Part shown: positions 25,760 to 39,062 of the stretch, piece by piece
Position numbering within the stretch: position 1 is the stretch's first letter
Layout of the letters: every line of letters starts with the position of its first letter
NCBI RefSeq assembly: GCF_006345805.1
Contig: NC_043006.1
Span: 94,736,001 to 94,800,000, forward strand
Direction: 5' to 3'
From: Octopus sinensis
Taxonomy: Eukaryota
DNA length: 64,000 nucleotides
The notes under the pieces: generated by a model
Databases searched by the model: none
Seen by the model: the letters and a program-made list of their open reading frames with translations, nothing else
Told to the model about the DNA's origin: nothing
Made by a program: the position numbers and the translations under genes

Positions 25760-25832
<73 letters not shown>

Positions 25833-25845
25833 CGTATATACAGCA

Positions 25846-25877
<32 letters not shown>

Positions 25878-27569
25878 ACACACACATACACACGCACACA
25901 TTTACAACATACATGCACATAGGAACTTACATTGCTTTATAAGGTAACGTATGTGTATTCCTCTGTATACAAGATAATGTACGCGCCAGCCTAGATGGAT
26001 ACGAATAGTGACAGTCTTTCTGGGAAATACATGATTGGAAATATTCTAGACACTTCTATCATTAAGTATTTACATAGGTCGTACATTAAGGTCTTCACCA
26101 ACCATTTTTAACTGAACTGTCATCACCATCATCATCACCATCATCATCAACAAAATCGTCGTCGTCGTCGCCATGATCGTAGTATTCATCATCATCATCA
26201 TCATCATAGCCATAATGATGGTCTTTGAACAAGCTCTTTTAATACAATTTACGTATTTGATGCGATTAAATATATATACAAATATGTCATCAAAATTCAG
26301 GCACGCTGACACACCTACGGACACAGACTTCCCACGGCGATGGTTATATAAATGTATGTATGCATATATATGTATATATATTGATGCATATATGTATGTA
26401 TATATACATATATATATATATATTATATATATATATAAATATTTATATATATACACATTATGTTTACAAACATCTATATATAAATATTTAATAAAGTACG
26501 AATATATATGTATCTTATATGTACAATATATATATACCACATAAGAAGTCTTTATATATAATTGTATTCACATATATTTAACTAACAGTTTTGCATGATC
26601 TTTTCCCTCTCTCTCTCTCTTGATATATATATGTGTGTGTGTATGTGTAAGTATGTATGTATATGTATGTACGTATATATGCATATAGGTGTATTTGTAT
26701 ATGTGTATATATATAAAATAAATGTATATAAAAGAATATTTACTTATGCACGTCTTATATACACAATATATATGTGTAGATGTTTATCACATGTATACGT
26801 ATATGTATACACCTATGGATACAAACACACTTATATACATGCTTTCATACATATACAAGTAACTATATGTATAAAATGCGGTAACGTGCAATTTTAAATT
26901 TTAAATATTAAATATTTATAACTTTACGTCTATTTGTGATATCATTAATCTGTAAAGATTATTGGGAATCGTGATACATATATTTTATCGGCGATATCAT
27001 AGTTTGTACAACTAATGAGGAGAGACGTATTGAAAATTTATAAATTCATGAATAAATCTATTTAAAAATGTAATAAAAACTTTCACTCACCCTCTTCGTT
27101 GATTATTTCTGCCATATATAGTAGTATGCTAGACATAATTTCAATTATAAAAGAACTTTATAATGGCCCTCTCTGCGTTCTGGTATCCGTCTGTGAGCGT
27201 GACTGTGTGAGTGCGACTTAGAGTATAGGTGAGCGTGCGTGCATGTGAATATCTGTTTGTATATACATATATTTGTAACTAGATATATATATATATAGAC
27301 ATATAGAAATATATTTCTCACATATATACACGTATGTATACAAACACATCTAAGAATATACTGTATACGTATATATGTGTGTGTATGTGTGTGTGTATGT
27401 ATGTGTGAGTGTTTGCATATAAAAGAACACAAAAATGGGACAACAAAATAACAGGGAGGGGTCATTCGGAATTTTCTTCTATCAGTCGAGTTCCAGATTA
27501 TCTTATATATATATTTTTCATCTACTTTCAGCTCATACACACACATACACACACAGATATATATATATA

Positions 27570-27620
<51 letters not shown>

Positions 27621-27679
27621 GCATATGTATATATATGCATATATATATAGATGCATATATATATATATATAGATATATG

Positions 27680-27926
27680 GGGATGAATCTGAAGTAGCAA
27701 TAGCATTATCTTTAATTCTATAATTATATACCGACTTTTAAGACCGACACATGTTTCATTTGCACCGATGAATAACCGTTGTAATTGCTGCCCTAATGTA
27801 AAACAGTGCAGTCTCTTCAGGACCTTCACATGATGTCCCTTGGTATGATCAACATGTGCTTGTTTTATAAGGCTGTATATATAGTTATAGAATTCAAAGT
27901 AATGCCATCGCTACTTTGGAGTAATC
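27680..27926. mobile_element. Old inverted-repeat element with a hammerhead on the - strand (27740-27826)
   Basis: aaggtc-CTGAAGA-..tgcac..gtgca..-GAAA-catgtg-TC-ggtctt (stem I with GU pairs). Diverged arms at ~27680-27730 and ~27878-27926. Confidence 0.6.
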
Positions 27927-28094
27927 CTTGCTAATATTTTTACGAAAGTAATCTATATGGTTAAGAAATTATCCAAAACAATTATCTAACGGAATATTTC
28001 TCTAACTTCTTATCTTACAAGAACTTGATTGGAATTATACGTTGACTGTTGAATAACATATTTTGAATACTTAACAGAGAGCAAATTAACTGGT

Positions 28095-28440
28095 AGTCTT
28101 ACCAACCAGATGGTTCCGGGTTCAGTCCCACTGCGTGGTACCTTGAGCAAGTGTCTTTACTATAGCCTCGGGTAGACCAAAACCTTGTGAGTGGATTTGG
28201 TAGACGGAAATTGAAAGAAGACCGTCGTATATATGTATGTATAAACATATGTTTGTGTGTCGGTGTTTCCACCACCACTATCGCTTGACAATCGATGTTG
28301 GTGTGTTTACGTCACGTAATCTAGCGGTTCGGCAAAGGAGAACCTAGGCTTACAAAGAATAAATCCTGGGGTGGATTTGTTCGACTAAAGGTGATGCTAC
28401 AGCATGGGTGCAGTAAAATGACAGAAAAAATAAAAGAATA
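28095..28440 (+). mobile_element. tRNA/CORE-like SINE
   Basis: Head, CORE-like segment and tail motifs. Confidence 0.85.
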
Positions 28441-28582
28441 TTTATATATATATATTTATGCATATATATCACTAAACATTTTTTCATTTTCTCTCTCTCT
28501 CTATTTACACTTATTCCTTTGTGCTGAAGAGCGTAGACTCGAAACGTAAAACATGTTCTCACTCCTTAAGCATCAAAATAAT

Positions 28583-28634
<52 letters not shown>

Positions 28635-28635
<1 letters not shown>

Positions 28636-28808
28636 TTTATTTTAAGCAGCAGAAAATTCAACAAAATCTGTTACTCTGAGTTTCTCGTTGCGTTCATCAG
28701 ACTAGCAAAAACTGACTGATGAACGGCAACGAGAACTCATATTACTCTACCACTGGTATTTGAGTACTCTTTTTTCCACCTTGTTTCACATTTATGTGTT
28801 TACTCCGG

Positions 28809-28810
<2 letters not shown>
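28635..28810. mobile_element. Short (TA)n-flanked inverted element with minimal hammerhead motifs
   Basis: - strand 28668-28704: gt-CTGATGA-acgcaacga-GAAA-ctcagag-TA-ac. A decayed + copy lies at ~28712-28740. Confidence 0.6.
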
Positions 28811-28842
<32 letters not shown>

Positions 28843-28843
28843 G

Positions 28844-28872
<29 letters not shown>

Positions 28873-28875
<3 letters not shown>

Positions 28876-29305
28876 TAGAGTGAAACCGCTATGCTGACAC
28901 TCTTATGCTAGATATAGATCCGCTATGGTCTTACCATTAAGAAATGTTCTCAAGAAGAATCTAGCAAAACAACGATGATCCACGGACATTAATTTAAGTA
29001 ACATTACGTAATATGTTAGGAGTGAAGCATGTATGCAAATAATCCATATTTTTATTGCTTTTTCTTTGTCTTGCTCGATTAAGTTTTGGTTGTTTTGCTA
29101 AATTCTTCTTGAGAACATTTCTTAGTGGTAAGACCATAGCGGATCTATTTCTAGCATAAGGGTGTCCACATAGCAGTTTCCCTCTAATATGTATATAATA
29201 CAATTTTACTGAACCTTCAGTTCATTTTTTTTTATATGCTAGACCACTGGTGTGAACTCGATGTTAATTAAATTAATATCTAATTTCTAACCCTCATCTT
29301 AATAT
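28873..29305. mobile_element. (TA)n-flanked inverted-repeat element, PLE-type termini, no ribozyme retained
   Basis: Arms ~28873-28974 and ~29089-29190 are reverse complements. The 3' motif atgctagaccactggtgtg..accctcatcttaat is at ~29236-29303. Confidence 0.7.
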
Positions 29306-29321
29306 ATATATATATATATAT

Positions 29322-30405
29322 GTTCCGCAGGGCACTGTTTTGGGACCACTACTGTTCATAATGGCCCTCTCAGACATGCCTTCAGCCACGCAGAGAGCCA
29401 CGATCACAACTTATGCAGATGATACAAAAGTTTCACAGGCAATACAGAACCCTGAGGACACTAAACGCCTACAATGTGAGCTGGACAAAATATACAAGTG
29501 GGCTGAAAAGAATAGCATGCAGTTCAATGCTGAGAAGTTTCAAACTTTATACTATCAGCATGCAAAACTAGATGCAATACCCAATGAATACACTGGACCC
29601 GGAGGAATTGCAATCCCAGAGGCACAATCAGTGCGTGACCTGGGTATTTACATGAGTGATGACGCAACCTTTCGTGTACATGTTGCTAAATTGGCAATGA
29701 AATGTAGACGACTGGCCGGATGGATTCTCAGAACCTTTAGAACAAGAGAACAAGAAACCATGATGGTCCTCTGGAGGACACTTGTCCTAAGCCACTTTGA
29801 CTATTGCTCTCAGCTATGGTCACCATCCAGTGTCAAGTTGATCACATAACTTGAGGCGATCCAACGTAGCTACACGAAGAAGATAGCCTCTGTGCAGAGT
29901 ATGGGCTACTGGGAAAGACTCAAGAGATTAAAACTCTATTCCTTGGAGCGTAGGCGAGAAAGATATGCCATAATATACATCTGGAAGATCCTGGAGGGAC
30001 TTGTTCCAAACTTTGTCATCGGGAGTTACACAAATGCCAGAACTGGGCGCTACTGCGTGGTGCCTAGGACTCCAAATTTGCCATCAAGATGTAGGACAAG
30101 ATACTGTGATAGCCTGGGCTTCCGAGGCCCACAGCTCTTCAATATCCTCCCGAAGAACCTAAGAGACCCGCATAGGGTGGATGCAGATGTCTTTAAAATG
30201 AAACTGGATCTCTTCTTGTCAGGTGTCCCAGATGAACCAACTTTACGGCAGGAGGTGCAGATGAGGGCAGCTGCATCGAACTCTCTCATGCACCAAATGG
30301 CAGTTGCTAAAAAGCATTCGTGAAGTAAAACCATGTAGCAACTCCAAATGGCGGTGCCCCAGCATGGCCACAGCTCGTGAGCTGAAACTAGAAGAAAAAA
30401 AAATA
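29322..30405 (+). mobile_element. 5'-truncated CR1/L2-group LINE (RT C-terminal half and 3' UTR)
   Basis: VPQGTVLGPLLF, YADDTK, VRDLG, HFDYCSQLWSP, LERRRERY; one in-frame stop at 29847-29849; 3' tail stem-loop and A-rich end. Confidence 0.92.
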
Positions 30406-30699
30406 AATATGCATACATACATACATATTTATTAATTAATTTTATTTCTACGTATTGGTTTATGATTTTCACTGTTTGATTTGCCTAATAGTGGTTTTAT
30501 CTCTAATTTAATATAATATAGTATAATATAATATAATATAATATATTATATAATATTTTTTATATTTGTCCAGTGGTGAACTCTGGAGATATCTGATATG
30601 TTTTACAGAAGGCAGTTATTTATTCCTGCAGGTAGGCCGTGATATATAAATTTTTCTATAAGTTTCTATGCAAGTATGTATGTATGCGTGTATATGCAT

Positions 30700-31375
30700 T
30701 TGTGTCTGTGTTCTCCAACTACCACCACCACACCGCTTGATAATCCGTTTTAGTGTGCTCAGGTCCCCGTTACTTAGCGGTTCAGCAGAAATGGCCGATA
30801 GGATAAGTACGAGGCACAAAAACTGCTATGGCCGATACGGTCGAGTATAAATCGAGACGGTGCCCCAGCAAGGCCGCAGTCTAATGACTGGAACGAGTAA
30901 AAGATAAAGTTTGAGACATAATATATATTTGATGTATAATCGTTTTTCTTTTATTTTATTCTTTTATTTGTTTCAGTCATTTGACTGCAGCCATGCTGGA
31001 GCACCGCCTTTAGTTGAACAAATCGACCCCAGGACGTATTCTTTGTAAGCCTAGTACTTATTCTATGGGAGTCGATAAATTAAGTAGCAGTTGCGTACTG
31101 GGGTCGATCTATATATATATAAACAGTATATACAAAGAGAGAAGAGAGAGAGAGAGAAATTGGTTTGAAATTTTGGCACAAGGGCAGCAAATTCGGCGTA
31201 GGGGGTTAAGTCGACATTTTCAATATCAGTACGCAACTGGTACTTATTTCATCGATTGCAGAAGGAGATGGAAGCAAAGTGGTCCTGGGCGGAATTTGAA
31301 CTCAGAAATTAAGGACGGACGAAATACCGCTAAGCATTTTGCCCAGCATGCTAACGATTTCCTACCAGTTCACCG
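30700..31375. mobile_element. Cluster of SINE fragments: + tail 30700-30910, - tail 30960-31065, Meta-domain SINE - 31190-31375
   Basis: Matches to the other SINE copies in the window. Confidence 0.7.
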
Positions 31376-31379
31376 TTTT

Positions 31380-31415
<36 letters not shown>

Positions 31416-31579
31416 TACATATTCTAATTAAAGATTTTTCTTTTCAACAACGGCTGACAAAGTCAATGATCCCAACGTAACTAGATGTGACACACAGTGG
31501 GCTATTGTGGGGATTTAATATTTTCGATATGTTGTTTGATAAATCTCTGAATGAAATATAAACAGTAACTACTCGACAA

Positions 31580-31952
31580 CGTAAAGTATACTAGCCATCT
31601 CAATATGGCTAACCACTAAGGGTGGGTATTACTGTAGCATTTAGCCCCAGGAGATCATCGTCTCCAGCTGGCTTTAGGCACATTTTCTGTGCACTTATGG
31701 TATTTGCAAAGGGAGGTCATCCCTCTCTCGTAAACCTAAGTGATTCGCACGGACTGCAGTTTCTAGGACTTTGCCTGTCTTCGGCGTACGGCAATCACCG
31801 GTTTTCGATGAAAGGAGACCTGTTTGCAAGTACCATAAGGCACAGAAAGTGTGCCTAAAGCCAGCTGGAGACGATGATCTCCTGGGGATAAATGCTACAG
31901 TAACACCAACCCTTAGTGGTTAGCCATATTGAGATGGCTAGTATACTTTACG
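31580..31952. mobile_element. Palindromic MITE with ~130-bp near-perfect TIRs
   Basis: cgtaaagtatactagccatctcaatatggctaaccactaaggg... is inverted at the right end. Related sequence occurs at ~46875-46932 and ~39420-39520. Confidence 0.8.
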
Positions 31953-32115
31953 ATATGTTGTTTATTTTCTGTAAAATTCTACCCGTTTCTATAATCGACA
32001 TAAGTATAAGCACGTAACACCCACTTTCTTTTCAGGTGTTATTCATCTTGTGTTGAAATCAGATTAACATGTCTAGGCTTCTCAACAGCTATCGATTTCT
32101 GTCTGTCTTTCTCTA

Positions 32116-32146
<31 letters not shown>

Positions 32147-32206
32147 TTGCGTGTGTGTTTGTGTGTTTGCGAGTTTCTCTCTCTATCTCATTTTCTATCA
32201 ATCTAA

Positions 32207-32282
<76 letters not shown>

Positions 32283-32899
32283 TTGTTGCTCTCTCCATCC
32301 ATCCATCTATCTATATATCTCTCCCTCTCTCTCTATATATATCTATATCTATCTATTTATGGATTTATATATATGTATGCAGCTTTGTATGTGTGAGTGT
32401 ACATTGTGTGTACGTGAGTGTGTGCTGTCTCTATATGCTTGAATGCTTGTATCTTCATGAATAATCTCTCCTCAACAGCTCAAAGCATTCATATGTCACT
32501 TGATGATCAGTGCATGAATATCATGAAGCGAATAAATATTGTAAATATATACCAGCGAAATAATCCGGCACAACGAAGCTGGAAGAATTCTGGTGATTTA
32601 GAAGAGTAGTGACAAGCAAAAATAGAAAGAATAACTACAGCCATTTGGATGACAGACTCCATGAGGATCGCATTACAATGACATTTCTTTATATTGCATT
32701 TTATGAAATGTTCCAGTAACTACCAGTAACTTCGAATCGATTAGCGATCTTAAATTCCTGCTGAACTATATGATAAAAGAAGGTTTTTGAAGAGGAACAA
32801 TGAAAATTGTTTGTGGAAAAACTGCTGAACCAGATAAATTCCATCAAATGTGCTTCCAGTTCTAACTTGTGCCAAGTTTCTTTTACCGATTTTGAATTA

Positions 32900-33300
32900 T
32901 GAATTCCATAATCATTTGAAATATGATCCACCAGAAAAATGAATGAAAGTCTATAATATTATCAATTCCAGAAAAAGGAAACTGCACTCTTCCAGAAAAT
33001 CAAAGAGGTTTATCGCTGATGTGCACCAGAGCAGATCTATTTAATCGAGTGCTACTCATAAAACTTAAATCATGAACAGCGTAATTAATTCTGAGTTTGG
33101 GTCTGGCTTCAGGCCAAACTGAACAAATAATGTCATTGAAAACTACTATCGATCTCTGACACCAGAAAGTGCAATATTATAGTCATGTGTGTGAACTTTG
33201 ATAACACACTTGATTGTGTAAACAGGGAAGCGATACAAGTTGTCCTAATTTTGTGTGTTTCTAAATCAATTTATTAACTTTGTAGCATCGAAGTGCAATA
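32900..33300 (+). pseudogene. Highly decayed RTE-type LINE reverse transcriptase relic (probably extends ~32500-34200)
   Basis: IILSIPEKGNCTLPENQRGLSLM, SGFRPN and VNFDNTLDCVNREA resemble the RT motifs PIPKKG..NYRGISL, QxGFR and DFxKAFDSVxR. Confidence 0.65.
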
Positions 33301-34380
33301 ATAAAAGCATTCGTGTTTCTACACCTGCGATCAGAATCTGAGAGCTCTTTCGATGTGCTTCAAAAAAACACTTCTGCACTCCACCTCTTTATAACTCCCA
33401 TCGAGATCAGTGCGCTAAATCCTGCAGATGATAAGTCAAGAACACAGACAACTGGAAAGAGGTACTACAGCTGAAACTAGTTCCAGGTTGCTATGTATGA
33501 TAAGATACTGCTACTGGAATCCTTCTGTTTATGAAGATTAGTTCAGTCTTCATCATCTTACTCGGGTGAAACGTACGGGCAAAGGGTTAAAACCCTGTTA
33601 CCCTAAGATACTTGCTGTCGATACGGAAGGGTTTTCCAGCATTGCAATGGATTCAGATGAGCTTGCAAAACCTCTAAGTATCTCCTGCAGTTTCTGTGTG
33701 GGAGCAAAACACTTCTGATTTTTTTTTATTTCACCCGTAATCATATATCTGTGCAGAAAAAGAAAGATACACACAGGTGAAAGCTATTCGGTGAATGTTT
33801 CTGTATAAAATTACTGGAGTTACCTTTGAGGCTGATGCAAAGATTGGCAACTCAGAGATAGCTGACAGGTTTTATTAGTATATTCAGAAATTTAGGTCTA
33901 AACAATAAATGAATTAAAAAATAATTTAATGCTTGTTGTTCTGCCAACACCACATCTAACGATCATATATATATCATCATAGGAGTTCACTCAATTTTCT
34001 ATTTTTTCAGATTTTTGTTGCTTCCAATGAAACATATAGGACAGTAGCAATTCTCAGAGGCAATGACGCCAATAAACATGGGGTGTAGCATGAAAGCTTT
34101 TGCCGATGTTGAAATATTCATTTAGTGGAAGAACGCTGCATTGAAGCAGTTCTGTTCTATTGTAATGAAAACTGGACAATAATCTAAACCCAAGTAGGAG
34201 AGATAAATTCTAGTTATCACTGTGTTTTGCGATATATACTTACATTTCATTTAGGATTAATGTGACAAGTCACAGAACACAGATTTGATCAGTAATCTCC
34301 ATTTTTTTTATCACAATAAAAATGTTATATTCTACTTTCATCTTGTTATTGAGTACATCATTTACGTTGCAGTTCTATTT

Positions 34381-34432
<52 letters not shown>

Positions 34433-34475
34433 CTATCTATCTATCTATCTATCTATATGTCTGTCTGTCTGTCTA

Positions 34476-34509
<34 letters not shown>

Positions 34510-34511
34510 GC

Positions 34512-34542
<31 letters not shown>

Positions 34543-35044
34543 ATACACGCACATACTATAAATGAATGTGAAATACTCGTACAGTGTGTATGTGTGTACG
34601 TGTGCGTGTGTGTATGCGTGTGAAAGAGAGATAGAGTGGGAAAGGGAGATACATACAAACACACACACACACACACATGTACATGTTAACATATCAATGG
34701 ATTGATTTGTAGGAAATGGCTCCCAGTTTTCAAATGATTTTTGTCGGTTTATTTGGTGTGGAAAATAACCAAAGCGAGTTTCGCATCAAAGGGATGTTTA
34801 GAGCATGTGCTTGAATAAGCAGGTCTCTTTCATATCGTCAAGTGGACAAGTGGCAAGTCCATTGAACACAAAAGGAAACTCAGCTCCCTATTATTATTAA
34901 GGTTAATAAGTTTTGTGTACGTTACAGCGTTCCATGTTCAGGTTATTATAAAGAGGGAACATATATGTGGAATAAACACAACTTGTAAGAGCATATCGAA
35001 GTATCAATAATAATACAAGCATAACATACACAAAGCATGCATGC

Positions 35045-35085
<41 letters not shown>

Positions 35086-35211
35086 ATATAATATATATAT
35101 ATTTATATATGTACATATGTTATAAATTCCTATATATATGCATATGTATATATATATATATTTACGTATATGTATATATGTATATATGTATACGTATATG
35201 TATTTATATAA

Positions 35212-35264
<53 letters not shown>

Positions 35265-35661
35265 TATTTAGTTATACACATACATGTGTGTGTGCGTGTA
35301 TATAAAAGGAGAGCTGAAGAGATTCATGCTATTGGATTTTTCTCTCCTTGTATTATAAACACTTACATATACACCCGCCCACACACACACGCGCATATAT
35401 ACACGCGCTTGGTAGCTCAGTAATAACTTGTCCTTACTATCTAAAAAAAACTGGGACATATATTTTGGTTAAGAGGCGATAGAAGGGGAGATCAAAGCCT
35501 TGGGTGCGGTTGGGTAGATTCTAGTCTTCTTCTCATCATGTACAGATATAAACATTAAGCCGCTGACCTTGTATTTTGTACTCGGATTAAATGCCTCGAT
35601 GCGAAATGCTGTATACACACATAGACATGCACATATGCATATTCACATATGTATATATGAG

Positions 35662-35761
35662 NNNNNNNNNNNNNNNNNNNNNNNNNNNNNNNNNNNNNNN
35701 NNNNNNNNNNNNNNNNNNNNNNNNNNNNNNNNNNNNNNNNNNNNNNNNNNNNNNNNNNNNN
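35662..35761. other. Assembly gap (100 N)
   Basis: Run of N. Confidence 1.
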
Positions 35762-35953
35762 GGCTTCCACGTGCATCAGTGTGCATGCTCATACATACCT
35801 ACTTACGAACACACGTATGTGTGTGTGTGTGTAAATGCATAATATATGTACGTATAAATAGGTTATTATATAGTCTGTATTATATATATATATATAAATA
35901 TATATGTATATACATATATAATGAATATATATATGTATATATGTATTTATATA

Positions 35954-36004
<51 letters not shown>

Positions 36005-36672
36005 AATATATACATATATATATATATTATATATATATATATCCATATATATATAGGTATACATTCAAATAGATATCCATATATATAGGTATACACCACA
36101 AATATACATATACATATATAATAATGAGAATACACACACACGAACACATGCTCCCATTCACGCATACACACTCGCCCTGCACACACACACACACACATGC
36201 ACAGGCACACACATATGCATACAACTAATAAGTACGATTTACATATCTCATGTTATCTCTGTCGCATCACTGAAGCCTACAGCATGGGACTTGCTTGAAA
36301 GAGATTCTATTTGAAATAAAATAAAAGATAACAGGACTATAATTGACTGCAATTGATTAACACCTGCTAATTATCATCTTACAAATAAGCTTATTTTTTT
36401 AATGCTAATTTATAAAGACATACTAAAAGAAGATCTTGGAAAGGCTATGCAAAGAAATAACGAAAGAAAAAATAAGAAAAGAAACCCAGCCAACAATACA
36501 GAAAAAAAAATCAAAACTGAATAAATACTTCTAAAAACTGATGCTGGTATTATAGAAATTTCTTCTGACGTATAAGGGCTTAGGCATTTAGAAAATACAA
36601 TTTTAAAATTGGTAATTTACATAAATGAGTATGTGTTTTTTTATCGTGAGCAAGATAAATATTATTTGTGTA

Positions 36673-36734
<62 letters not shown>

Positions 36735-36748
36735 ATATATATATATAT

Positions 36749-37285
36749 TGAAATGGATAAATGAATTATCTTGTTACGGATTATTCAAAATTTAACCGAT
36801 ACCTGGTAGCAAAATCACAACAGAAAAAACACGGCTGAGGTTACGACTATGGGGTGTCGCAACCGTGCCTTAGCGCGGATAGTTGAAGTTTTATATATTT
36901 AGTGAAGGGAAGAAATGGAGCTGAACGAAGATTCTACAAAATTCTTTTTTATTATTTTCTACACATGTTTCAAAGGCTGCAAATTTCCAAATTCGGATTG
37001 AATAAGGAGACCATTTTGCAGCTTTCTCTTCAGGAAAACCCAGGAATTTAAATCTCCAAACAAATGCGCCGCAAGCTTTTCGAACAAAACGCTCCTTAGG
37101 AGCCCATGGTATGGATATTTAAATTCCTGGATTTTCCTGAAGAGAAAGCTGCAAAATGGTCTCCTTATTCAATCCGAATTAGGGAATTTGCAGCCTTTGA
37201 AACATTGAAACATGTGTAGAAAATAATAAAAAGGAATTTTGTAGAATCTTCGTTCAGCTCCATTTCTTCCCTTCACTAAATATAT
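36749..37285. mobile_element. Ribozyme-bearing palindromic element in (TA)n
   Basis: Arms ~36892-37055 and ~37115-37285, plus a terminal segment at 36749-36890. Confidence 0.85.
36955..37038 (-). ncRNA. Type I hammerhead ribozyme
   Basis: ttttc-CTGAAGA-..gctgcaaa..tttgcagc..-GAAA-catgtg-TA-gaaaa. The + copy (37132-37223) has an 8-nt duplication at GAAA. Confidence 0.8.
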
Positions 37286-38243
37286 ATATATATATATGTA
37301 AAACATTTATGAATTTGAGTTGTGAGATTACTGATATGAAACCGTGCGTTGAAAGAGATATCGTTGTATTTTATGATGGTCATTATTTTTAGCCAAATAA
37401 ACAAGCGTGCTGTATATATTGTATATAACATAAGTCAGAATACTCTTCTTATTCTAACGTATGTCCATTGTCCAGAAATCTTTCCTCACACATCTGTGAC
37501 CGATTCAGTGGCACATCATAGAAGAACAGAATGTACTTAGAGAAGGAAGAGGACACACGAGGACGGAAAGAGTCGCTGAAAAGGTCAGAGATAGGGGTAA
37601 TATTGGTCAAATTGAAGTTAACCGAGGGGAAGGTCGTTGTGAATGGTAAGTTGGGGTCATTTACTATGTCAAAGGTAAATAAATAAAAATATTGTTGCAA
37701 ACAAAAATATACATTTAGACAGAATCAATGAAAAGAAAAGAGAAGAATTTTTAGAAGTGAAATTATGAATAATGAGAAGAAAAGGAAGAGAAGAGGTAAG
37801 GCGGATGTGCTAGGAGAGAAGAAGAAAGGAGGGGGAAGAAGGGGAGGGAGATGGGAGATAAAGTTTTTAGTCATTAGGGGTACACTGCAGTCGGAAATAA
37901 ATTAGTGGCTTACCACTGAACAGTAAAATTATATCTTCCTATATGCACGCACATATGCGTACGTTCTGTGTGCGCCTGTAGGACACTATAGGGGTGCGCG
38001 TGCGCGTAAGCATCCGCAGGCTCACGTGTGCAGAGAGGAGGAAATACCATTAAGGAAATAAAAAAGGTAGCTAAAAAAGTTTATACGCCATTTACCTTTG
38101 ACATAAGAAGTAAATGACCACAGCTTAATATTCACAACGACCTTCCACTTAGCTTTATTTCGTTAACTGTACAGGTGTATGTACACACACACATATGACG
38201 CACATAACACACACAACATCAACGGCACATACACACACACACA

Positions 38244-38297
<54 letters not shown>

Positions 38298-38324
38298 TAT
38301 ATATATATATATATATTATATATA

Positions 38325-38642
38325 ATATCAGAGACTTAGGTGTAATTGTTGATGACGATCTCAGTTGGAGTGCACACATCAATAATAAGGTCGATATAGC
38401 ACGTAGGATGAGTTCCTGGATCTTAAGAACTTTCCGGTCCAGATAACAAGGTGTCATCATACCACTTTTCTTCTCCTTTGTACGGCCACACCTCGAATAC
38501 TACTGCCCACTGTGGTCTCCCCATACAAGACAAAACATCTCGAGGATTGAATCACCCCAGAGGGCACTCACTAAACGAATTGAAGGTATGGCTGCTCTCG
38601 ATTATTGGGACCGCCTTAAAGCCTTTAAATTCTACTCTCTCC
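38325..38642 (+). mobile_element. CR1/L2-group LINE internal fragment
   Basis: IRDLGVIVDDDLSWSAHI..WILRTFRSR, VRPHLEY..LWSP and YWDRLK..FYSL. Confidence 0.85.
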
Positions 38643-39014
38643 ATGCTGGAGCACCGCCATTAGTCGAGCAACTCGACCCCGGGGCTTATTCTTTTGTAAG
38701 CCCAGTACTTATTCTATCGGGCTCTTTTGCCGAACGGCTAAGTAACGGGGACGTAAACATACCAGCATCGGTTGTCAAGCAATGCTAGGGGGACAAACAC
38801 AGACACACAAACATACACGCACACACACACATATATATATATACATATATACGACGGGCTTCTTTCAGTTTCCGCCTACCAAATCCATTCACAAGGCATT
38901 GGTCGGCCCGGGGCTATAGCAGAAGACCTTGCCCTAGATGCCATGCAGTGGAACTGAACCCGGAACCATGTGGTTGGTTAGCAAGCTACTTACCAACACA
39001 GCCACTCCTGCGCC

Positions 39015-39015
<1 letters not shown>
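38641..39015 (-). mobile_element. Near full-length tRNA/CORE-like SINE
   Basis: Runs from the head at 39015 to ccagcatgg at 38641. Confidence 0.9.

Positions 39016-39062
<47 letters not shown>

Larger units (their letters stand above)
24043..25761. mobile_element. Retrozyme-like element: head-to-tail ~590-nt ORF-less monomers in two opposed blocks, in (TA)n
   Basis: The - block (~24043-24749) holds ~1.2 monomers and the + block (~24750-25761) ~1.7 monomers. Copies are near-identical, with one hammerhead per monomer. Confidence 0.9.

Noticed and set aside
24043-25761. CRISPR-like or satellite array
   Set aside because: Units are ~590 nt with no repeat-spacer pattern or cas genes, in a eukaryotic context.
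31580-31952. Member of the ribozyme-palindrome class, or a protein-coding ORF (31622-31858)
   Set aside because: No hammerhead core and not in a (TA)n tract; it behaves like a DNA-transposon MITE.
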